From an uncultured Rivularia sp. (lineage in GTDB: Bacteria; Cyanobacteriota; Cyanobacteriia; Cyanobacteriales; Nostocaceae): a stretch of 64,000 nt of DNA. Under the pieces are notes generated by a model. The model saw only the letters and a list, made by a program, of their open reading frames with translations. It was not told the DNA's origin and did no database searches. This document shows, in pieces, positions 20,128-27,123 of the stretch. Position 1 is the first letter of the stretch. Every line of letters starts with the position of its first letter. Made by a program: the position numbers and the translations under genes. Location: NCBI GenBank assembly GCA_963665115.1, contig OY762007.1, forward strand, positions 4,736,001-4,800,000, in the 5' to 3' direction.

Positions 20128-21447
20128 TTAGTCTTTAATTTCTAAATCGTAGGCTTGGCAGAGGGATTTTAGGTTTTCTCGGAAGCGCGATCGCACTTCT
20201 GGGGGGGAGATGATTTCGCAGTCTTTGCCGTAGCGGAAGACTTCTCGGATTAGCCAGAAGGGATTTGCTACTTTTCGCACTACTTCGCGTATATCTCCAA
20301 CTTTTTCGTTGCTGATATCTTTATTAACGGAAGATGCTTTAGGTTTATATGCTTTTACCATTCCTTTGCAAAAGTGTAAGTGTACTTCCAAATAATCTAG
20401 ACCTTCGTCTCGCCATTGTCCTTTGACAGGTAAAATTGTTTTCACTCGATCAAAACGTAAACACCTATTATGTATGAGTTCTGGGTATTCAGGATTTTTT
20501 ATATCTTCAGTTTCATCGCACCAGATATTTAGGTAAAATCCCTTCTCCTCTTCAAAAGAAGTTTCTGCATAACGAACTGTAAATGCAATATACTCTTGTT
20601 GAGAATTTTTATAAAACAATCTGAAAGGTTCTTTTTTTTGACAAGATTGTTCGACTACTATACGCCATGATTGGTCTGGATGAATTAGTTGATTCATCAC
20701 TGATTGGCGTATTGCTGAATCCAAATTCCCTTGTTCTAACAACAAATTACCGAGGATTTGAGCTTTACTTACATCACCAGAATTTTTGAAAAGCGAAATA
20801 GCTTCATAAATTACTTCAATACGTGGATCTGAGCAAATATCGTTTATTATACCGTCAGTATTACTCCCTTCCCGCTCTAAGATTACCGATATAGTTTCTT
20901 CTCTCCCTGCCACCTGCCCACTGCTCCCTGCCTTAGATTTTAGATAATTTTCCGGCGGAATAGGAGTAACATTACTTTGAGATATACTTGTAATCTCAGA
21001 TGTATTTTTAAATTCTAATTGTTGGTTTAATTTTTTAGAGTGTTTTTCATTCCACTTATCCGCCCACTTCTGAGAAAATTTTTCTAAAATAATTGTTTTA
21101 TTCCTTGACCAAAGGCTCAAAGTAAAATGTAATTCTTTTCTACCTTGTTTTGGTGGCACCCGATGGTCGTCCAAAATTCCTAGAAAATCTTTCATAAGAT
21201 GAACTGCTTCCCTAACTCTTGTAGAAGTAAACTTTTCTTGAGTTTGGTATTGGGAAGTAAGTTTGACCAAATCTTTACAAGTCGTTTTCACTAAAAGCTT
21301 GTGATTTTTATTCTCTTCTTCTTTCCACTCACAAACTAATTCCAAATTCTCATACATAGTTAAGCCATTTTCCTTGAAGTCCAAAATTGCTTCAAGCAGA
21401 TATCTTGTTCTTTTCTCAGGTACTGGACCGTGGCTAATATTTGGCAT
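20128..21447 (-). CDS. CRISPR-associated WYL-domain transcriptional regulator with atypical N-terminal domain
   Basis: C-terminal half matches cyanobacterial type I-D WYL regulators (PFRLFY, FTVRYA, YLNIWCDETED, HNRCLRFDRV, FWLIREVFRYG, IISPPEVR). ATG 21447 preferred over 21510 because 21473-21501 is a DNA repeat. Confidence 0.85.
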   Translation of the reverse strand: MPNISHGPVPEKRTRYLLEAILDFKENGLTMYENLELVCEWKEEENKNHKLLVKTTCKDLVKLTSQYQTQEKFTSTRVREAVHLMKDFLGILDDHRVPPKQGRKELHFTLSLWSRNKTIILEKFSQKWADKWNEKHSKKLNQQLEFKNTSEITSISQSNVTPIPPENYLKSKAGSSGQVAGREETISVILEREGSNTDGIINDICSDPRIEVIYEAISLFKNSGDVSKAQILGNLLLEQGNLDSAIRQSVMNQLIHPDQSWRIVVEQSCQKKEPFRLFYKNSQQEYIAFTVRYAETSFEEEKGFYLNIWCDETEDIKNPEYPELIHNRCLRFDRVKTILPVKGQWRDEGLDYLEVHLHFCKGMVKAYKPKASSVNKDISNEKVGDIREVVRKVANPFWLIREVFRYGKDCEIISPPEVRSRFRENLKSLCQAYDLEIKD

Positions 21448-21472
21448 CAGTGAAACGAACAGCTTTTCAATT

Positions 21473-21594
21473 AGTTTAGGGTAATAAAAAAGTTTAGGGT
21501 ACCGATACATAAAATACCTACCCTAAACTAAATTTACCTTGCTATTGAGCAAGTTTTAGAAATTTTATGGTAACTATTGCATTAGGGTATACCC
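21473..21594. promoter_or_regulatory. Putative operator boxes in the divergent WYL/cassette promoter
   Basis: AGTTTAGGGTA at 21473-21483 and 21491-21501; inverted TACCCTAAACT at 21519-21529; TTAGGGTATACCC at 21582-21594. Confidence 0.6.
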
Positions 21595-21664
21595 CCAAAG
21601 CGACAGTGTTTACACAAGCAGCAATAGCTTCTGAAACAACTTAGTCATTTAAGGGAGTTAAAAT

Positions 21665-22081
21665 ATGATAATTCGTCAAACATTAATTGACGAGCTTGAT
21701 AGCTTATTAGAAACTCAACGTAGCAAGGGTTATAAAACTGCTTGGGTATGGTATGAAATCAAAAGCCAATCAGCCCCATTCTCGGAAGCGGAATTATACT
21801 ATATTGCGAACTTGCTAGGTTATAAGCCTGGATGGGCTAAATATAAAATCGAAGAGCAACAGGCAAACCAACTATTATATCAACCACTTACTCCACTGCA
21901 AAAGAGTTTGAATTTATTGGAGTTAGACGTTCCTTTTTATTCACAGGATTTGAAGCGTTCGTATAAGAGTAAAGCATTGAAGTTACATCCAGATAAAGGA
22001 GGTAGGCATGAAGATTTTATAGCCTTAAATAAGGCTTATCAGTATTTAAAAAATTATTTACGCGCAGAAGGTGTAATATAA
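21665..22081 (+). CDS. Small J-domain (DnaJ-like) protein with two N-terminal GYKxxW repeats
   Basis: LKRSYKSKALKLHPDKGG...FIALNKAYQYL (HPD motif); KGYKTAWVWY and LGYKPGWAKY; SD-like AGGGAG upstream. Confidence 0.8.
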   Translation: MIIRQTLIDELDSLLETQRSKGYKTAWVWYEIKSQSAPFSEAELYYIANLLGYKPGWAKYKIEEQQANQLLYQPLTPLQKSLNLLELDVPFYSQDLKRSYKSKALKLHPDKGGRHEDFIALNKAYQYLKNYLRAEGVI

Positions 22082-22122
22082 CCAAACAGAAGTTAAATAA
22101 GACATAATAGTTGGTATAAAAA

Positions 22123-22896
22123 ATGCATATACTTTTAGAAGAAATTATCGATATATATCAGGAAAAGGCACGTAAAGCTTTATCCAAAGATTTACAAATA
22201 TCTCTTAGTGAAAATATCCAAGTCAATTTTAATCAATTAATAAAGGATGATGAAGAATTATCTAATATAATTAATAATCTTAGCAATAATCTTGTCAAAG
22301 CAGTTATATTTGGTGGATGGGTTAGAGACTATACTTGTAACTATTTACAACAGCAAAATTATAAGCCTCGTGACATTGATATAGTTGTAAATGGCTTAAA
22401 TTTTAATCAACTTCAGAAATTTCTACCATCAAACACGAAAATCAATATCTTTGGTGGTTTTTTAATTGAAACTTCAAAAATTAAAATAGATATTTGGTTA
22501 TTAAAAGATACGTACTTGATTAAACGTTTGAATTTAGATGTAAAGTTTAATCAGCTACCAGAAACAACCGTTTTTCGTATCAATTCTATAATATTTAAGC
22601 CTCAACAATTTTGGTCAAAACCTGACATCTTTGATTTAGGTTGTGTTGATGCTTTAGTAAATAAAGTTATAGATTTTCAGTCTACTTATATTCCACTTCC
22701 AGAAATTCAAGTTGCACGCGCTCTTATATATTCAGCAAAATTTAAATTCTCCTTAAAATTAGAGGTTCATAATTTTATTAGAATGATATGTAATAGTGAT
22801 GTGGAAATTACTAATCAAAAAAACAATCTACTGTTGTACTGTCCTCAGCATCTACGTCAAAATTGTATAACTATGCTTAAAGATATAACTGATTGA
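22123..22896 (+). CDS. Divergent nucleotidyltransferase (CCA/poly(A)-polymerase head-like, Pol-beta superfamily)
   Basis: IFGGWVRD...PRDIDIVV (GGxVRD + DxD); third acidic residue in KIDIW. Confidence 0.75.
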   Translation: MHILLEEIIDIYQEKARKALSKDLQISLSENIQVNFNQLIKDDEELSNIINNLSNNLVKAVIFGGWVRDYTCNYLQQQNYKPRDIDIVVNGLNFNQLQKFLPSNTKINIFGGFLIETSKIKIDIWLLKDTYLIKRLNLDVKFNQLPETTVFRINSIIFKPQQFWSKPDIFDLGCVDALVNKVIDFQSTYIPLPEIQVARALIYSAKFKFSLKLEVHNFIRMICNSDVEITNQKNNLLLYCPQHLRQNCITMLKDITD

Positions 22897-22929
22897 GAAA
22901 AATATTTTATATTAAACAGGTTATTCAAA

Positions 22930-23925
22930 GTGTTTCGGAAAATATATAAAGGCTTTGATCAAAAACTTTTATTACTAGTACAATTGATTTCGGAATGTAA
23001 TAATTATATATGGATATGTGACCGAAATACATATTGGTTATATTATATATTTCCTAGTATTTGGACTGCGGCGATTCGAGGAGTAAAAATTTGTCTACTC
23101 ACAAATCCTTGTGCGGACAACAAGGAAAACTATAGACGATGGCTTCTCAAACAGATTGGTTGCCATGTATACACTATAGATTCTCTGCCTTTTTATGGTT
23201 TTTTATTTGAACAATATGGGAATACAAAGTTAGCGTTAATAGATGATAATATAAAATTTGATAACAATAGTGTAGAATATACTGAGCGAAAAGTAAGATT
23301 ATATACAGAAAAATTAGATTATTCAGCTATATGTAATTTTTGGAATTTATTAAACTTTTGGCAAATTAAACTTTCTAGTATGCAACGAAAAGAGTTTCTC
23401 TTTGAAACTTGCTCTCAAAAAAAACTTTTTGATAAATTACGTAATGTAGAACAATATCGAAATGCACAATTTTCTATAGAAACGATTGATGTTAGAAATG
23501 TAATGCTTTTACAACATTATATTAAAGAATATAAATTTATTCAAATCAGCCAACTAGTTAATGATTTATATAATGATAATAACTTTGAACTATTTCAACC
23601 TTTGAAACTGACTTTTGAAGACAGTACATATTCAATTATTACGCCACCAATAGTAGAAATAAATTCAAAAAAACTTGTAGTAATTGAAGGAAACACCAGA
23701 TTTTTTTACTGTTTGCAGAAAGAATTATATAAAATTAAAGTTGTAATAGTAAATAATGTTACCGAGCCACTACCCGGTGAAGCATTTTCAATAAGTGATG
23801 TCAATCTTACTTCTCTCACATTACCTTTAGATGTTTTAATTAGTAAATTAAGCCGGAAAAGCTTCCGAAAGATAGAGGAAAAAATTCATATACAAATGTT
23901 ACCTTCAAATTTGATAACTGAGTAA
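22930..23925 (+). CDS. Hypothetical two-domain protein: PLD-fold-like N-terminus and ParB/sulfiredoxin-like C-terminus
   Basis: ISECNNYIWI...AAIRGVKICLLT (PLD-like, no HKD); ITPPIVE...LVVIEGNTRFF...IKVVIV (ParB/Srx-like); GTG start. Confidence 0.6.
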   Translation: MFRKIYKGFDQKLLLLVQLISECNNYIWICDRNTYWLYYIFPSIWTAAIRGVKICLLTNPCADNKENYRRWLLKQIGCHVYTIDSLPFYGFLFEQYGNTKLALIDDNIKFDNNSVEYTERKVRLYTEKLDYSAICNFWNLLNFWQIKLSSMQRKEFLFETCSQKKLFDKLRNVEQYRNAQFSIETIDVRNVMLLQHYIKEYKFIQISQLVNDLYNDNNFELFQPLKLTFEDSTYSIITPPIVEINSKKLVVIEGNTRFFYCLQKELYKIKVVIVNNVTEPLPGEAFSISDVNLTSLTLPLDVLISKLSRKSFRKIEEKIHIQMLPSNLITE

Positions 23926-24033
23926 GTAGAGATACGATGGGTGTATGGCACAAATAAATATTGCAACTACTAAAAATAAATTAGATTTGATGGCTTACTT
24001 TATAACTGTTCACTGATAACTGTTAACTGTAAA

Positions 24034-24864
24034 ATGCCTCACAGTCTAATCCTCAACCTCACCCCAAAATCCCCCATCTACCCCCAATACCTCACCGGAA
24101 GACACTTACACGCTTTATTCCTCACCCTTGTAAGTTCCGTTGACAAAGAATTAGGAGCCTATTTACACGACTCTCAAGCCGATAAAGCTTTTACGCTTTC
24201 CCCTTTGCAAATAATCAAAAATTCTCCTATTCATAAAGGATATAAATTAAAATCCCAACATCAAGAAATGATTCCGACGGGTACGCCTTGTTGGTGGAGA
24301 ATTTCTTTACTCGATGATGCACTATTTGGCAAGCTAACTCAACTTTGGCTAAACCTTAATCCACAACAGCCTTGGCATTTAGGCTCTGCCGACTTGTATA
24401 TTACCAGCATTCAAGGTACTCCCCAATCTACGCAACCTTGGGCTAATGCTTGCACCTATACACAACTTTACGAACAAGCCAGCGATTCGGAGCGGATTAT
24501 TTCACTTAATTTCGCAACTCCCACGGCTTGGAGACAGGGGAAATACGATAGTACGTTACCGACAAGGGAATCTGTGTTTAAATCTTTGCTTTCTCGGTGG
24601 AATAAATATAGCGGTATTGAGCTTGAAGGAATAAATTTTGATGCAATTTTTCCCAGCTTTATCAACATCCATACCGAAATAGTTCCCGATTCTCGTAGTA
24701 AATTCATCGGTGTTGTTGGTGAAGTTAGCTATCGAATCATGGGTGATGTTGAAGCAGTTCAAATAAAGCAAATTAACGCTTTAGCTGACTTTGCTTTATA
24801 TGCCGGAATTGGTAGAAAAACCACGATGGGAATGGGAATGGGGAGAAGAGTTAGGAGTTTGTAG
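24034..24864 (+). CDS. cas6: CRISPR RNA endoribonuclease Cas6
   Basis: MPHSLILNL, GRHLHALFL, FATPTAWRQG, Gly-rich loop YAGIGRKTTMGMG. Confidence 0.95.
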   Translation: MPHSLILNLTPKSPIYPQYLTGRHLHALFLTLVSSVDKELGAYLHDSQADKAFTLSPLQIIKNSPIHKGYKLKSQHQEMIPTGTPCWWRISLLDDALFGKLTQLWLNLNPQQPWHLGSADLYITSIQGTPQSTQPWANACTYTQLYEQASDSERIISLNFATPTAWRQGKYDSTLPTRESVFKSLLSRWNKYSGIELEGINFDAIFPSFINIHTEIVPDSRSKFIGVVGEVSYRIMGDVEAVQIKQINALADFALYAGIGRKTTMGMGMGRRVRSL

Positions 24865-24918
24865 TAAGGGCTTTAGCCCTGTCTTTAAAGAATTGAAGGC
24901 TGAAGCCCTTACTACGAA
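24861..24918. repeat. GTAG-type REP doublet between cas6 and cas4
   Basis: gtagtaagggctttagcc ... ggctgaagcccttactac. Confidence 0.7.
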
Positions 24919-24950
24919 CTTTGAATTTTAATCAACATTTAATCAAAAAT

Positions 24951-25541
24951 ATGAACAACACAGATTACATAACTATCGCTTCTTTAAATCAATATTCCTA
25001 TTGTCACCATCGTTGCTGGAGGATGTTTTGTTTGTGTGAGTTTACTGATAATCAATACACTATTGAAGGAACAAGTTTACACGAACGAGTTCACACTGTT
25101 GGTGATGTAAATAAAGAAGATATTTGGCAAGTTCGCGCTATTTGGTTGAAGTCGGAGAAATATAAGTTAATCGGAAAATCAGATTTGATTGAGTTAGAAA
25201 ATGGTGAATGGTATCCGGTGGAATATAAACGAGGAAAAAAAGGTGAATGGGATAATGATGAATTACAAGTTTGCGCTCAAGCTTTGTGTTTGGAGGAAAT
25301 GACGGGAAAAAATATTACTACTGGCTATGTTTATTATGCTCAAACTAATAAACGTCAATTGATAGAAATTAATGATGATTTGAGAAATGAAACTATTGCC
25401 ACGATTGCTGAGGTTACGAAGTTGTTAGAAACCGGAAAAATGCCACCAGCAGTTTATAGCAAACGCTGTAAAGGATGCAGTCTTTATTCACAATGTTTAC
25501 CAATGGCTGTTGATAAAGTGAAACGCTATCAAGAAATTTAA
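24951..25541 (+). CDS. cas4: CRISPR-associated exonuclease Cas4
   Basis: YSYCHHR, GKSDLIE, PVEYKRG, QVCAQALCLEEM, CKGCSLYSQC Fe-S cysteines; ATG at 24951. Confidence 0.95.
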   Translation: MNNTDYITIASLNQYSYCHHRCWRMFCLCEFTDNQYTIEGTSLHERVHTVGDVNKEDIWQVRAIWLKSEKYKLIGKSDLIELENGEWYPVEYKRGKKGEWDNDELQVCAQALCLEEMTGKNITTGYVYYAQTNKRQLIEINDDLRNETIATIAEVTKLLETGKMPPAVYSKRCKGCSLYSQCLPMAVDKVKRYQEI

Positions 25542-25589
25542 TATTTTTTCATTGTTCATTGTTCATTGTTCATTGATAACTGATTAATC

Positions 25590-26594
25590 ATGGGTACAGT
25601 TTACGTTACACAAATGGATTCTTTTGTGGGAAAAGTTGACGAGCGTCTTACCGTTAAATTTGAAAAAAAGAATATTTTAGATGTTCCTTTACTCAAAGTT
25701 GATGGCATCGTTGTTTTAGGACGAGCAACTATATCGCCTGCGGTCGTTTACGAACTATTAGAACGCCATATTCCTCTCACCTTTCTTACAGAAACTGGTC
25801 GTTATTTAGGCAGATTAGAACCAGAAGTTAGTAAAAATCTTTTTCTCCGCAAAGCTCAATGGCAAGCTTCCGATAATTCTCAGTTAGCTGTTGGTGCGGT
25901 ACAAAGTTTTGTCAGAGGTAAACTCAAGAATTACCGCAATATTATGGTTCGTCGTCAAAGGGAATCTGCCGAACTCGATTTATCTAAAAATATTACCCGT
26001 TTAGAAAATGCCATTACACCCATCGATATCACTCAAAATATTGATTCTTTGCGAGGTTTAGAAGGTGCGGGTAGTGCTGCTTACTTCGGTGGTTTTGACC
26101 AAATGATTCGCGCTACAGAGTTTAAATTTACTCGTCGAGTTCGTCGTCCGCCAACAGATCCCGTAAATTCTTTACTTAGTTTTGGCTATTCGCTGCTACG
26201 TCACGATGTCCAAGGTGCAGTAAATATTGTCGGATTCGATCCATATCTAGGATATCTACATTGCGATCGCTATGGAAGACCTTCTTTAGCATTGGATTTG
26301 ATGGAGGAATTTCGCCCTTTGGTTGTGGATGCGATGGTGTTATCTACTTTGAATAAGGAATTGTTGAAACCCGAAGATTTTCAAAGCGAACCCGTAAGCA
26401 ATGCTGTTTCTCTGACTAAAGAAGGACGAAAAACATTTCTCAAACTGTATACCCAGAAGAAACAAACTCGATTTACCCATCCAGTAATGAAACGCAAATG
26501 CAGTTACCAAGAGGCTTTTGAAATTCAAGCCAGATTATTAGGAAAATATCTGATGGGTGAAACCGATAAATATCCACCATTGGTACGTTGGTAA
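25590..26594 (+). CDS. cas1: Type I-D Cas1
   Basis: LRGLEGAGSAAYF, RRPPTDPVNSLLSFGY, GYLH, SLALDLMEEFRP. Confidence 0.97.
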   Translation: MGTVYVTQMDSFVGKVDERLTVKFEKKNILDVPLLKVDGIVVLGRATISPAVVYELLERHIPLTFLTETGRYLGRLEPEVSKNLFLRKAQWQASDNSQLAVGAVQSFVRGKLKNYRNIMVRRQRESAELDLSKNITRLENAITPIDITQNIDSLRGLEGAGSAAYFGGFDQMIRATEFKFTRRVRRPPTDPVNSLLSFGYSLLRHDVQGAVNIVGFDPYLGYLHCDRYGRPSLALDLMEEFRPLVVDAMVLSTLNKELLKPEDFQSEPVSNAVSLTKEGRKTFLKLYTQKKQTRFTHPVMKRKCSYQEAFEIQARLLGKYLMGETDKYPPLVRW

Positions 26595-26623
26595 TCAAGT
26601 AAAAAAATCATCTCTAACAATCA

Positions 26624-26911
26624 ATGAACGTTGTTGTCAGTTACGATATTTCCGAAGATAAACGCCGCACAAAAATCCATAAGATCCTTAAATCTTACGG
26701 ACAATGGGTACAGTACAGTATTTTTGAATGTCAACTCACCGATACTCAATATGCCAAATTGAGAAGTCGTTTGAATAAGTTAATTAAATCCGACACCGAT
26801 AGCATCCGCTTTTATTTTTTATGTGCCTGCTGTTTTGGTAAAGTGGAACGTATCGGTGGAGAAAAGCCTCGCGATGACAGCATTTTCTTTGCTGAATTCA
26901 CGGATGGGTAG
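26624..26911 (+). CDS. cas2: Cas2
   Basis: VVSYDISEDKRRTKIHKILKSYGQWVQYSIFEC, DSIRFY. Confidence 0.97.
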   Translation: MNVVVSYDISEDKRRTKIHKILKSYGQWVQYSIFECQLTDTQYAKLRSRLNKLIKSDTDSIRFYFLCACCFGKVERIGGEKPRDDSIFFAEFTDG

Positions 26912-27123
26912 GTGTTGAAAAACAAGACTTAAAAAAAATGGCTGAATCCCAGAGTTGATAAGCCTTTGAGGCTAAAAACATTCCCAACCCATCCGCGATG
27001 CTTACCCACAAAGGATTTCAGCCATTTATTCCCTTCTCATTTTCATTCTCACGTGTTATCATTAATTCATCCGTGAATCCGAACCTTGAAAACCTTATAT
27101 TTAAAGGCTTCCAGATGCCCGCA
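26896..27123 (+). promoter_or_regulatory. Type I-D CRISPR leader
   Basis: Between cas2 and the first repeat. attcacggatg (26896-26906) is inverted at 27068-27078; cggatgggt is inverted at 26987-26995; aaccttgaaaac motif about 40 nt before repeat 1. Confidence 0.8.

Noticed and set aside
21448..21510. Longer WYL start (MYRYPKLFYYPKL)
   Set aside because: The YPKL duplication simply reflects the DNA boxes; more likely promoter sequence.
22123..23925. CBASS (CD-NTase plus effector)
   Set aside because: The NTase has the class II GGxVRD signature rather than the GS-x-DxD of CD-NTases, and no SAVED, patatin, TIR or TM effector is evident.
21665..24033. Cassette genes as divergent cas3/cas10d/cas7/cas5
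   Set aside because: No helicase, HD or RAMP Gly-loop motifs, and the sizes do not fit. Very remote homology cannot be excluded without structure searches.
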